Source: an uncultured bacterium (GTDB lineage: Bacteria; Patescibacteriota; Minisyncoccia; UBA6257; 2-01-FULL-56-20). Taken from it: a stretch of DNA of 64,000 bases. The notes beneath the pieces were generated by a model. The model saw only the letters and a program-made list of their open reading frames with translations, did no database searches and was not told the origin of the DNA. This document shows positions 18,338 through 27,896 of the stretch, piece after piece (the first letter of the stretch is position 1; each line of letters begins with the position of its first letter). The stretch spans positions 566,808 through 630,807 of the forward strand of contig OY970354.1 in the NCBI GenBank assembly GCA_963718515.1, written 5' to 3'. The position numbers were made by a program, and so were the translations under genes.

Positions 18338-19528
18338 TTATCCAAACGTGAATGTGAATGCTTGGAGCCCCGGAGTCTCAACCTTCAGCTCCAGCGTGTG
18401 CTCGCCGCCGCCATCCGGATTATTTACGATATTGTAGAGCCGGTTGCCCGATACCGTCATTTTACCATTTTGGACATCGCTTCCCGCCGCCGCGCCGATC
18501 GGCTGTCCGTCCTGCATGACATCGACGACCGTTCCGTTGGCGGCGCCTGCCGCCACCATATAAACCTTGCCTGCATCATACTCATACGTGATCGTGGCAC
18601 CGGCGCTCAAGTTCGTTGCATACTGATCCTCAAAATCCCATGCGCCGCCAAGATAGAGGGAATTCGGATTGATCGATGCCACGGCGGGCGTGGTGAGCGT
18701 CTGGGTGCCATTTACCAGATAAGTTCCATTTGCAAGAAGACTGTTCCGTTCTGCGCCAAAATATGTTTCAGGGCTGTTGATCTCATTCAAGTTTGCCGCG
18801 GCGACATTCACCGTCCCGGTCGGGATCGAGTTGGGATCGAGACCTAAGATCGTTGCCCGTTGCTGGAGCTCTTTTTGGATCTCCGCCTCGGACTCGGCAT
18901 AACTGCCTTCTCCGACCTGGTTGTGCACGATATACCCGGCCATGTCGATCAGATATTTATTCGGCCAATAAAGATTGTTGTATGCATCCCACGTGCCATA
19001 ATTACTGTCGAGAATGACCGGATAGTGGATGCCGTATTCCTGCACCGCATTCTGCACGTTTGAAAGTTCTTTTTCAAAATCAAACTCCGGCGTGTGGATA
19101 CCCACGATCTCGAGTCCGTAATCTTTATATTTTTGATACCACGCATTGAGATACGGAATGGTGCGCACGCAGTTGATGCAACTGTAGGTCCAAAAATCAA
19201 GCAAGACCACTTTTTTTCCTATCAGGCTGGAAAGGGTGAACGTCGAAGAAGTATTAATGAATCCTGTCGGATCCACGATCTCCACCGCGGGCTGATCACC
19301 GGCTGCCTTATCCGCCGCCGCGATCTCTACCAATGAGGTCTGGAGTGTGCTTGTGCTAAGGACTGCATTCCCACTGCCAGGCGTCGTGCTCGATGTTGCA
19401 CCGACATTCAGCGCCTGCACCGGCTGTCCGGAAGAACTGGGATGGACTTTTACGCTTTCTAAATACCATACCCCGCCAATAATAAGAATGATGACGATGA
19501 CCAGCCAGATTTTTTTTGTAGTGCTCAT
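18338..19528 (-). CDS. membrane-anchored thioredoxin-like protein (TlpA/DipZ C-terminal type) with an extra beta domain
   Basis: Anchor IWLVIVIILIIGGVWYL. Thioredoxin motif FWTYSCINCVRTIPYL (CxxC). A roughly 170-aa C-terminal domain follows. Confidence 0.8.
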   Translation of the reverse strand: MSTTKKIWLVIVIILIIGGVWYLESVKVHPSSSGQPVQALNVGATSSTTPGSGNAVLSTSTLQTSLVEIAAADKAAGDQPAVEIVDPTGFINTSSTFTLSSLIGKKVVLLDFWTYSCINCVRTIPYLNAWYQKYKDYGLEIVGIHTPEFDFEKELSNVQNAVQEYGIHYPVILDSNYGTWDAYNNLYWPNKYLIDMAGYIVHNQVGEGSYAESEAEIQKELQQRATILGLDPNSIPTGTVNVAAANLNEINSPETYFGAERNSLLANGTYLVNGTQTLTTPAVASINPNSLYLGGAWDFEDQYATNLSAGATITYEYDAGKVYMVAAGAANGTVVDVMQDGQPIGAAAGSDVQNGKMTVSGNRLYNIVNNPDGGGEHTLELKVETPGLQAFTFTFG

Positions 19529-19538
19529 AGTTTTTATT

Positions 19539-20261
19539 TTATACTTTGAATTTTAATAAAAGATCGTTCACAAAACCGAAATTGGCGATCAGCGGGAGAT
19601 CCTGCGTAAAAACCAACACGCCAAGCACAACGAGGATCGCGCCAAAGACCGGATTAACGTATTTGAGTTTGTCCGCATACTTATTGATGAGGTTCGCGCT
19701 TTGCGCGACGAACAGTCCTACGATAAGGAACGGAATGCCGAGCCCTATCGCATATGAAAGTAGAAGCCAGAACGCCTCGCCCGGTGCTGATGCCGCGATG
19801 CCGAGGATGCCACCGAGCACCGGACCCACGCACGGTGTCCATCCCGCGGCAAACGCGAGGCCGAATAGGAATGAAGTAAGATAGCGGGATTTCGACCTCG
19901 TGGGATTCAGATTGAGCTTATGGTCCATTTCGAACATGCGGATCCTGAAGAATCCCATAAGATAGAGCCCAAAGAAGATCACGATCGTGCCGCCGATCCA
20001 CGCGAGCCATGATTGCACCGCGTACGCCACGTGCGCGAGTGCACCGTTCAGCAATACGCCGAGGAGCGCAAATATCACCGAAAAGCCGATCACAAAAAAG
20101 AGGCTGTTCAAAAATATGCTGAGGCGCGATGGCTTCACGGTCGTTGAAGATGATTCCCCGGCCAAATATGCCAGGAATCCGGGAATGATGGGGAGAATGC
20201 ACGGCGAAAGGAATGAGACGATGCCGGCAAAGAATGCGATGAAGATCGGAATGTCTGTCAT
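19539..20261 (-). CDS. ccdA: cytochrome c biogenesis / thiol-disulfide transporter CcdA (DsbD core)
   Basis: FLSPCILPIIPGFLAY and GWTPCVGPVLGGIL motifs; 6 TM segments. Confidence 0.9.
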   Translation of the reverse strand: MTDIPIFIAFFAGIVSFLSPCILPIIPGFLAYLAGESSSTTVKPSRLSIFLNSLFFVIGFSVIFALLGVLLNGALAHVAYAVQSWLAWIGGTIVIFFGLYLMGFFRIRMFEMDHKLNLNPTRSKSRYLTSFLFGLAFAAGWTPCVGPVLGGILGIAASAPGEAFWLLLSYAIGLGIPFLIVGLFVAQSANLINKYADKLKYVNPVFGAILVVLGVLVFTQDLPLIANFGFVNDLLLKFKV

Positions 20262-20272
20262 AAAAAATTCAG

Positions 20273-20635
20273 TTACAATTTATTTTTGCTATAGATAAGC
20301 CCTACGACCTTGGCGATCACCATGATGGCGAGTGCAAATACGAGCCATGGATCAAGCGCATGCTGGAGTTCACCCGCGACGATGCCGATGAGCAAAAGCG
20401 CGGAGCCGGCAAGATAGGCAATGCGATCCGCAAATAAGCGATGAAATTCCTCACGTTCATCGCCGTGATTTTCTTTCCATAAAAATACCGCGAAGGCGGT
20501 ATAGAGCACGACCGCCGCAATAAGAAATCCCATAATGATGTACCCCGGCATAAAGAGATTCCACGGGTTGAAAATAATATACAGCAATGCCACCAAACCG
20601 AGTCCCACCGATAATTCCCCCTTAAATGTATTCAT
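20273..20635 (-). CDS. four-helix membrane protein paired with an XRE regulator (DUF2178-like arrangement, from memory)
   Basis: 120 aa, 4 TM segments, 3 nt downstream of the HTH gene. Confidence 0.5.
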   Translation of the reverse strand: MNTFKGELSVGLGLVALLYIIFNPWNLFMPGYIIMGFLIAAVVLYTAFAVFLWKENHGDEREEFHRLFADRIAYLAGSALLLIGIVAGELQHALDPWLVFALAIMVIAKVVGLIYSKNKL

Positions 20636-20638
20636 GAT

Positions 20639-20839
20639 TTATAGATAAAAAAGATCCTCGACGGGTTTTTTAAAGAATTTTGCCAGTTTGAGCGCGAGGA
20701 GAACCGAAGGGACGTAATTCCCTTTTTCGATGGCAATGATCGTCTGCCGGCTCACGCCGATCTTTTCCGAAAGTTTTTCCTGCGTGATGTCGGATCCCAT
20801 CCGTATCTCATATATTTTATTCCGCACCGCCTCTTTCAT
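20639..20839 (-). CDS. XRE-family helix-turn-helix transcriptional regulator (66 aa)
   Basis: ITQEKLSEKIGVSRQTIIAIEKGNYVPSVLLALKLAKFF. Confidence 0.85.
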   Translation of the reverse strand: MKEAVRNKIYEIRMGSDITQEKLSEKIGVSRQTIIAIEKGNYVPSVLLALKLAKFFKKPVEDLFYL

Positions 20840-20890
20840 ACATTTTATTGTAACGCGATGGAAGTGTATGTCAAGCAGGCTTTACATAGA

Positions 20891-22516
20891 CTATTGGACG
20901 AGGGGCAATGTGACCTTAAATGTGCTTCCGAGGCCTTCTCCTGGCGACTCGGCGGAGAGAGTGCCCCCATGTGCTTCCGTGATCTTGCGGGCAATGTAGA
21001 GTCCCAAGCCGGTGCCGCGGATCTCTTTCTTTACCCTCTCATCGCGGATGAATTCTTCAAAAAGATGCGGAATGAGCAATGCCGGAATGCCCAACCCGGA
21101 ATCCGTGACAGTGATTAAGGCAAATGTTCCTTCCCTTTTTAATGTCACCTTAATGAAGCCGCTCGGAGTATATTTTATGGCATTATCCACAAGGTTCTGG
21201 ACGACCTGCTTGAATTTCTCCCTATCGATATTAACAAACATAGCCTCTTGGGGCGGCTCACAGGTAAGCGTAAGATTTTTTGCCTGGGCGAGCGGCGACA
21301 CAAGATCCACCGTGCCCGTGATAAGCTGGGTCAGGTCAACGCGTTCAAAAACATATTCCATCTTGCCTTCTTCCACCTTGCGTATGTCAAGAAGCGTGTT
21401 GATAAGCTCGATGAGCTCATCTGCGGATCCCTGCACTTTTCCAAGCGTTTCCTTCACCTTATCCCCCACCGGCCCGTATGCGCCGCCCATGATAAGCGTA
21501 ATGAAGCCTTTTATTGCCGCGAGCGGCGATCGTATCTGATGCGACGCGAGCGACAAAAGCTGACTCTTGAAGCGGCCAAGTTCTTCGAGCTGTTTATTAT
21601 CCGCCTCGATCTTTTCGTTGAGGCGCTGAAGTTCCTCGCGCTGTTCGACTTCTTTCTGGACGCTCTGAATGAGGAGTAAACCAAAGATCAGAACAAGAAT
21701 GAATTCACCGATCCTGAATAACGTCTCCGGAAAGGTCTGCGAGAAAATAATCTCGGAAAACGTCGTGACGGTCAGAAGGAAGGCTAATATTTCCACGGAG
21801 ATCACCTTTACGCTCAACAAATGATATTTGGTGATCGCATAGGTGGTGAATGCGATGAACGGGAAAAAGAATACCGCGGCGAGAGGAATAAAGCGGACAT
21901 CCTGAAAGACGATCGGCAGGACGAGGTTGAAGATGATCAACAGCAGGAATGTGATCGCCGCGCCGCACAGCACAAAAATGAATTGTGTTCTTTCCAATCC
22001 TTTTGTCTTTATCATCTTTTTTATCAAAAGTATGAGTGCGGCGATGACGAGACCGAAGGCGGTTATCCCGAAGAGCGGGATGCCTGGCCCGAGGATAGCC
22101 TGCGAGACCATTCCCACCTGCTCGGGCTTTTCAATCCCGGCAAAGATGAACGGAGTGAGAGTGAGCAGCGATACCAAGCCTACCGCGGGAACAAGCAACC
22201 ATTTATAGAGTGATGGATAGGTCGCCGACTCCCGCGGAAATACGTAAGAAAAATGAAAGAATGAGAACGCGTGCCAGAGGGCGAAAAAGATAGTGAACCG
22301 CAGGACCCACAAGATAATGCTCGGGGTATTGAGTTGATAGCTCACATAATTTACCGCGCTGTAGAATACCGTCAGGCCTGATAAAAAAAGGAACGCGCGA
22401 GCGGTTGAACTCTTTGGATTGTTCAAGAATACCACAACACCAAGCACGCAAATGGCCGCTATCGTCACCCCAACCGCAAGAAGATATATATTTAAAAATG
22501 CCGAGAGGAAGTTCAT
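20891..22516 (-). CDS. sensor histidine kinase with a multi-pass membrane sensor domain
   Basis: About 290 aa of TM helices and a coiled coil. H-box SLASHQIRSPLAAI, N-box DNAIKYT, G-boxes DSGLGI and GTGLGLYIA. Confidence 0.9.
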   Translation of the reverse strand: MNFLSAFLNIYLLAVGVTIAAICVLGVVVFLNNPKSSTARAFLFLSGLTVFYSAVNYVSYQLNTPSIILWVLRFTIFFALWHAFSFFHFSYVFPRESATYPSLYKWLLVPAVGLVSLLTLTPFIFAGIEKPEQVGMVSQAILGPGIPLFGITAFGLVIAALILLIKKMIKTKGLERTQFIFVLCGAAITFLLLIIFNLVLPIVFQDVRFIPLAAVFFFPFIAFTTYAITKYHLLSVKVISVEILAFLLTVTTFSEIIFSQTFPETLFRIGEFILVLIFGLLLIQSVQKEVEQREELQRLNEKIEADNKQLEELGRFKSQLLSLASHQIRSPLAAIKGFITLIMGGAYGPVGDKVKETLGKVQGSADELIELINTLLDIRKVEEGKMEYVFERVDLTQLITGTVDLVSPLAQAKNLTLTCEPPQEAMFVNIDREKFKQVVQNLVDNAIKYTPSGFIKVTLKREGTFALITVTDSGLGIPALLIPHLFEEFIRDERVKKEIRGTGLGLYIARKITEAHGGTLSAESPGEGLGSTFKVTLPLVQ

Positions 22517-22518
22517 TG

Positions 22519-23595
22519 CTACGATAGGGTTGTGATCGCCGGCGGCTTCTTGAGCGACGACGCGGTCGGCGGGTCGGCATAGCCGATGCGGAACATCATG
22601 ACGATCGTTTTTCCGTCGGTATCAAATATCGACTGTATGCCTTCATATGCTTTTTCGACCGCTTCCTTTTGGCCATCGGTGAATACATCACCTTCACCCG
22701 CCACTATGCGTTGGTAGAAAAAGAGGACGCCGGTGAGCGGTTGCATGCTCAATCCTTCCTTTGTTGCAGTGAGCCATAATCGTTGTAACACCCTCCCTGC
22801 GTCGATGAAGGAACGGGTTCGCTCATCGGTGATCGTAATGATCCCTATCGCGGAAGCGGATGCATATATCTTGCTATTTTCCTTCGCCCCCATTTTTGCG
22901 GCACCGAGCGCATTAAAGATCCTCATAATTGCCCAATGTTTAAAAAGACGGAACATCGCCCGGGCGGGAGGAAGCAGTTCGAGCACTTCAATATAAAATC
23001 CGGAGCGTTCTTTTACCTCTTCTTCCAATGTCCAGTGCACATGGGAAAAGAAAAAATCGTGGAGCGATTTGTTTTCAAGGAGAAGTGAATCATTGACGCT
23101 CGCGATATTCGCCAGGCGTTTAATATTGGAAGGTTCCGTGACGAACGCCACCTCGATGCCTTCCATTTCTTTGCCAGCATCCGAAAGTGTTTTGATCACC
23201 GGCGCCGGGATCGCCCCTCCTTTATATATCTTTCGGTTCGTTGAACGCTCCGCGATGAATGGATAAAGGAAAAACCCATCGTTTCCGCTTCCATCGCCCA
23301 CTTCACTCAGTAAGATCGTGGCGACGAGATTCGTGTCGTCGCCCTTGGACATAATTGTGACGGATGCCATAAGACCGAAGTGTCCGGCGGCGATACTGAT
23401 ATTTTCTATCACCGCACCATGGGCTATGGACGATGCCCGTTGCTGAAAATTATAAAGGGATTGATCGTTCTCGGGAACATTAAAAAGGGATATCTCGTTC
23501 CCGCGGACGGCAAACCGCCACGGTTGGGCGTTTTCCCCGGAAGGTGCTTGGACGGCAGACTCAAGGATGCGTTGTATCGTCTCGGGAGACATCAT
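22519..23595 (-). CDS. double-domain nitroreductase-fold FMN oxidoreductase (Acg / Rv1355c C-terminal type)
   Basis: AVQAPSGENAQPWRFAV; 358 aa, about twice a simple nitroreductase. 2 nt upstream of the HK start. Confidence 0.7.
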   Translation of the reverse strand: MMSPETIQRILESAVQAPSGENAQPWRFAVRGNEISLFNVPENDQSLYNFQQRASSIAHGAVIENISIAAGHFGLMASVTIMSKGDDTNLVATILLSEVGDGSGNDGFFLYPFIAERSTNRKIYKGGAIPAPVIKTLSDAGKEMEGIEVAFVTEPSNIKRLANIASVNDSLLLENKSLHDFFFSHVHWTLEEEVKERSGFYIEVLELLPPARAMFRLFKHWAIMRIFNALGAAKMGAKENSKIYASASAIGIITITDERTRSFIDAGRVLQRLWLTATKEGLSMQPLTGVLFFYQRIVAGEGDVFTDGQKEAVEKAYEGIQSIFDTDGKTIVMMFRIGYADPPTASSLKKPPAITTLS

Positions 23596-23612
23596 CCTTT
23601 ATAGTATATCAC

Positions 23613-24809
23613 TCACAGTCCGAATATTTTACGAAATTCCTTTGCGGTTTTTGCCCGGCCCCTGCGTGCTGCCGGCGAATTGTAGCCCGGGAGCAATCGT
23701 TCGTCGAGCGAAACGATCGAACGGTTATCGATGACCGGCTGGCCATTCACGATTTTGCGCACGCAATAAGCGACGGATGCGCCGGAGAGCATCGCTGCAC
23801 CGCCAAGCTGTGGCCATGAGACGATCGTCTTCCCAAGTTGGAGCAATGATTGGCGCATGCGCTCCGTGACGTTCTCGGGACCAACGTGTTTCGTGATCAT
23901 TTTTCCGATCTCGAACTTTTTGAGGTCGCTCAGGCTCTCATACGAAACATTCCCCAATCTGCCATGAAAAAATTTTGTCTTTGGGTTTTTATCATATCGC
24001 TCGACGTCCACAACCGCGCTATCGCCATTGTCTGCGGCCATCACGACCGCGAGGCGATTCTTCTTCGCGTGCTCGCGAATGAGATATTTCATGCCGAGAT
24101 GATCAACTTCGTCGACGACGATATCCAATTTTGGCGCACCGTTAAAAAAGCGCGCGATGTTCTTTGGGTTTAGGCCGTCCTCGAATATCTCGACGGTTGC
24201 ATACGGATTCATCTCGTAAATCTGCCGCGCGGCCATCTCTACTTTTAACAAGCCGAGATTTTGAATGCCCGAACGGATGCGGTTCGTGTTTGAAAGCGCG
24301 AGCCGGTCATGGTCGGCAAGCCGGATATGTCGCCCCCCGCCCTGGAGGGCGATCGCGAGCGCCACATTGGAGCCGACGCTCAACCCAGCGATGCCGATCA
24401 CCGCGTCATAGAATTTTTCTTGCTCTCCATCACTCACCAGATATCGGTTCCGCGCGGTGCGGACGCGTTGGAAATCATGTTCATGCAAAATATGCGAAAT
24501 TGCGAAGAGCCATGGAAGATATACCCATATGCCATGGTAGATAAGCGGTGCCTTCTTAGTGATCGATGCGATATATTTTTGGAAGAGCGCCTCAAATTCC
24601 GGGCTCTGTGCGAGCGTGGGATTGTTTATGGCAAACAACTCTCGCTGTTCTTCCATATAATCATCCACGACGGAACGAATGGCGTGGGTTTTAAGCAATG
24701 CGGAGACCTTCGAGCGATCATTCGCACGTGAGAGATCGAATAATAATGGCTTCTGCGGTCCCCCTGCGGCAGTCATCTTCTTTAATTTTTTTTGCAGTAT
24801 ATTATCCAT
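23613..24809 (-). CDS. ThiF/MoeB/E1-like adenylyltransferase-fold protein (Rv1355c N-terminal type)
   Basis: IGIAGLSVGSNVALAIALQGGG...LADHDRLALSNTNR Rossmann/adenylation motif, preceded by a roughly 130-aa N-domain (WVYLPW). Confidence 0.7.
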   Translation of the reverse strand: MDNILQKKLKKMTAAGGPQKPLLFDLSRANDRSKVSALLKTHAIRSVVDDYMEEQRELFAINNPTLAQSPEFEALFQKYIASITKKAPLIYHGIWVYLPWLFAISHILHEHDFQRVRTARNRYLVSDGEQEKFYDAVIGIAGLSVGSNVALAIALQGGGRHIRLADHDRLALSNTNRIRSGIQNLGLLKVEMAARQIYEMNPYATVEIFEDGLNPKNIARFFNGAPKLDIVVDEVDHLGMKYLIREHAKKNRLAVVMAADNGDSAVVDVERYDKNPKTKFFHGRLGNVSYESLSDLKKFEIGKMITKHVGPENVTERMRQSLLQLGKTIVSWPQLGGAAMLSGASVAYCVRKIVNGQPVIDNRSIVSLDERLLPGYNSPAARRGRAKTAKEFRKIFGL

Positions 24810-24816
24810 GGCAATA

Positions 24817-26322
24817 TTATTTTATATTTGAGTGACGTTCGATATAGTGCGGTTTCAATCCGGGTTTAAAGTAGCGGGTATGCTGATATGGCCACAACTT
24901 GATGCGCGGGCGCACATCTTTCTTGATGTGAGCACTCATATCCAGGTATTCAAGATTGATCCTGCGCAACGTTTCCGTGACGCTTGCTCGGATCTCCGCG
25001 GCAAAGGTTGCATTTGGCTTGATAGCCTGGCATAGCTCAATGTTGATCGTCCAATATTGGTCCATCCCCTCGTCCAGGGATTTCGTGATCACAAACTTTC
25101 CGGTCAATGCCCGCATCAGGCGCTTCGTATTCAAGCCTGCTTTGATATGCTCCGGATAGATATTCACGCCATAGAATTTTATCGTGTCGTCGCTCCGGCC
25201 AGAGAAGCAGACGAGCGGCAGCTGACGAGATGGTTCCGAAAGACCTGAGGGCTTGCCACCAGCGCGCATCATCGCGCTCTTGACCTCTTCTGCGGAAAAC
25301 ACTTTTCCCCGATCGTGGATATTAAAGCGGATAAGCGGAATGCCACTCGAGGAAGAAAAAATAAGTTCGTTCTTTATTGATTCGATATAGCGAAGCGACG
25401 GATGATATTGAAAAAATTGGGGCGCGACGGGATCCCCCGTGAGTACTTCGAGGAATTCCGGATGCTGTTCCGCAAACCGCTTTACGGAAATACTAAATGG
25501 AGTTTCATATCCCATAAGGAGCATCTCGGATGAACCATAGGTGTTAAATATCCGCATGGCAGACGCCGGGATCCCAGCTTTTTCCGCGATATAACTCCGC
25601 CACACTTCGTTGAATCCTTCGCTACAGAACATCAGGCCGAGATGCTTTTTGGACCATGCGATCCCCTCTCGTGCGCCAGATTCGATCACATCTTTAATAA
25701 AGAATGGATGCCCGATCAAAACGGTCTGATCATAGTGGTGAGAAAGATTTTGCACCCCGCGGAGCATCTCTTTTTTATTATTCCCCACGCTCATAATCGT
25801 CATCTGGTATTTTTTGAGCGCGGTGAGCCAGCTCGGCAGGAGCGTCGCAACGCCCGAGATATAGATCCCCATGGGGAATCCAATCAGCAATAAGGTTGAG
25901 TGTTTTTGGATATTAAAATATTCCCGGTATAAGAATTCGTGAACGAGCGCCGCCTCGAGATCTTGTTCTACAGTCCGCGGCCAGAACTTAGGCTCGCCGG
26001 TGGTCCCTGAACTTGTGGCGATGAACTGGGCCGAGGAAATATTGCCGTCCCAGCATCGCGCTTCCACCGGATAGCGGGCGATATAATTTTTAGCATCCGT
26101 GAGCGGCACGGCGGAAAAGTCCGCCATGGTTTTTACGCGCGCGTGATTCACGCGCTCCGATTTAAGGAATGCCTTATACGCAGGCACGCGCTCCGCCGCA
26201 GAATGGAAAAGTGCGAGCGCTTTTTTGCCCGCACGATCCGGCAACAGCCATTCGCCGCGGGCCAGCAATAATCCCTTAAGCGATCCGAGTGTTCTATTTG
26301 ATATCAACAGTTCCTTATTCAT
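24817..26322 (-). CDS. adenylate-forming ligase, PaaK / coenzyme F390 synthetase-like
   Basis: ATSSGTTGEPKFWPR (P-loop-like A3 motif), YGSSE. Start trimmed to MNKELL at 26322, giving an 8-nt overlap with the lyase stop. Confidence 0.75.
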   Translation of the reverse strand: MNKELLISNRTLGSLKGLLLARGEWLLPDRAGKKALALFHSAAERVPAYKAFLKSERVNHARVKTMADFSAVPLTDAKNYIARYPVEARCWDGNISSAQFIATSSGTTGEPKFWPRTVEQDLEAALVHEFLYREYFNIQKHSTLLLIGFPMGIYISGVATLLPSWLTALKKYQMTIMSVGNNKKEMLRGVQNLSHHYDQTVLIGHPFFIKDVIESGAREGIAWSKKHLGLMFCSEGFNEVWRSYIAEKAGIPASAMRIFNTYGSSEMLLMGYETPFSISVKRFAEQHPEFLEVLTGDPVAPQFFQYHPSLRYIESIKNELIFSSSSGIPLIRFNIHDRGKVFSAEEVKSAMMRAGGKPSGLSEPSRQLPLVCFSGRSDDTIKFYGVNIYPEHIKAGLNTKRLMRALTGKFVITKSLDEGMDQYWTINIELCQAIKPNATFAAEIRASVTETLRRINLEYLDMSAHIKKDVRPRIKLWPYQHTRYFKPGLKPHYIERHSNIK

Positions 26323-27883
26323 CGCGCCGATGCATATCCAAAATCGCACTCTCTTTTGCGTAGTGTACGACACGCGCGAGCTGATGCGAAGCTTCGCGGT
26401 CGTCGATGATCGGCGGGAATATTTTTTGGATGTCGCGGATGAGCGCACGGGAAGATAAGGAATACTTATTCTTTGCCCCGAGGCACTCGGCAAGCTGCCC
26501 TAATGCCACGAGTTCTATTGAAAGCACGATGTATGCGTTTTCTATGACCTCCGCCGTCATGATCGACGCGTCGGTGCCCATGCTTACGATATCCTGATTG
26601 TCCGCGTTCGTGGGAATGGAATGGATATGTTGAGGAAAGGCCAATGTCTGGCTACGGGCCGTCGTGGAGGTCGCAACAAACTGAAGCCCCTGGAGCCCCA
26701 TCGTAAGACCCGGGGTTTTCATGTTGAGAAACGGAGGAAATGACTTATTGACGGCGCGATTCATAAAAAAGTTGATCCGGCGCTCCGAAAGCATGGTGAG
26801 TTTGACAATAGCCGCCTTCAGCTGGTCGACGCCCGCCGCGATATATTCCCCGTGAAAATTTCCGCCATGCAAGAATGCTTTTCCCTTAACATCAATGATC
26901 GGATTATCCGTCACCGAATTCACTTCTACCACCACTTCGCGGGCAAATATTCTTAGGGTATCAAGCACAGGCCCAACCACCTGCGGAATACATCGGAACG
27001 AATACACTTCCTGAACGCTCTCTGGAATCGTGTGGGTTTTATCAGTGAGCGCCACCGAATCCTGAAATTTTTGCCGGCTGCGCATCAGCTTTGATGAAGC
27101 GGTGAGCGAGCGCAACATTCGCGCAATATCCTTTTGCCCGGGATGCGGACGAAGTGCGTGTAATTGTTCCGAGATGCCGTCAGTGAATGAATTTACTGAT
27201 TCCAAGGCGCATGCGGCATTCCGAACGGCAAGACTCACAAGGCGCTCCGCTTCCACGCAAAGCAATGCCGAGATGCCGGTCATCATCGACGTGCCATTGA
27301 TGAGAGAAAGTCCCTCCTTGGCTTTTAATACATACGGCCCCATATGTAACTTCTTTAACACTCCCGCAATCGGTTGACGCTTTCCTTTATAGAACACCTC
27401 GCCCTCCCCGATGATCGCGAGGCCAATGTGCGCAAGCTGTACCAGATCGCCGCTTGTTCCGACCGCGCCATGTTCCGGGACGACGGGAACTACCCGTTCA
27501 TTGATAAAACGGGCAAGTCGCTGTAGTGGCGCCACAGAGATCCCGGAATATCCTTTGAGCAATGTGTTCAAGCGGACGACCATTGCGGCAACCACATACT
27601 CTTCCGGCAGAGGCTCACCCATGCCCATCGCGTGGCCATGAATGAGATTTTTTTGGAGCGCAATGAGCTCATCGCGGCCAATGATGTGCGATGCCATAGG
27701 ACCAAAGCCGGTGTTCACGCCGTAGATGATCTTTTTGCGCGTCGCCGCTTCCAAAAACCGCTCCGCCCGCGTGACGCGCGCGAGCGCGGCGGGGTCGATC
27801 CTCACCCGTGCCGCGGCATCGTGGGCGATCAAATAAATGTCTTCAAGCGAAATGTCACTTCCTGTAAGCGTAATGGTCTTCAT
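26315..27883 (-). CDS. MIO-dependent aromatic amino acid ammonia-lyase family (HAL/PAL/TAL/aminomutase)
   Basis: YGVNTGFG, GAVGTSGDLVQLAH (MIO triad T143-S144-G145 at 27449-27457), LQKNLIHGHAMGMG. Start trimmed to MKTITL at 27883. Confidence 0.9.
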   Translation of the reverse strand: MKTITLTGSDISLEDIYLIAHDAAARVRIDPAALARVTRAERFLEAATRKKIIYGVNTGFGPMASHIIGRDELIALQKNLIHGHAMGMGEPLPEEYVVAAMVVRLNTLLKGYSGISVAPLQRLARFINERVVPVVPEHGAVGTSGDLVQLAHIGLAIIGEGEVFYKGKRQPIAGVLKKLHMGPYVLKAKEGLSLINGTSMMTGISALLCVEAERLVSLAVRNAACALESVNSFTDGISEQLHALRPHPGQKDIARMLRSLTASSKLMRSRQKFQDSVALTDKTHTIPESVQEVYSFRCIPQVVGPVLDTLRIFAREVVVEVNSVTDNPIIDVKGKAFLHGGNFHGEYIAAGVDQLKAAIVKLTMLSERRINFFMNRAVNKSFPPFLNMKTPGLTMGLQGLQFVATSTTARSQTLAFPQHIHSIPTNADNQDIVSMGTDASIMTAEVIENAYIVLSIELVALGQLAECLGAKNKYSLSSRALIRDIQKIFPPIIDDREASHQLARVVHYAKESAILDMHRRDE

Positions 27884-27896
27884 AATAATGGTCTTA

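Noticed and set aside
22519-24809. TOMM/RiPP heterocycle machinery (E1-like cyclodehydratase component + FMN dehydrogenase).
   Set aside because: There is no YcaO-domain gene and no short Cys/Ser/Thr-rich precursor ORF anywhere in the operon or its flanks.
24817-27883. Photoactive-yellow-protein chromophore pathway (TAL + p-coumaroyl ligase).
   Set aside because: There is no PYP/PAS-domain gene nearby. The kinase has no PAS domain, and the lyase selectivity pair is Gly-His rather than the His-Leu of TALs.
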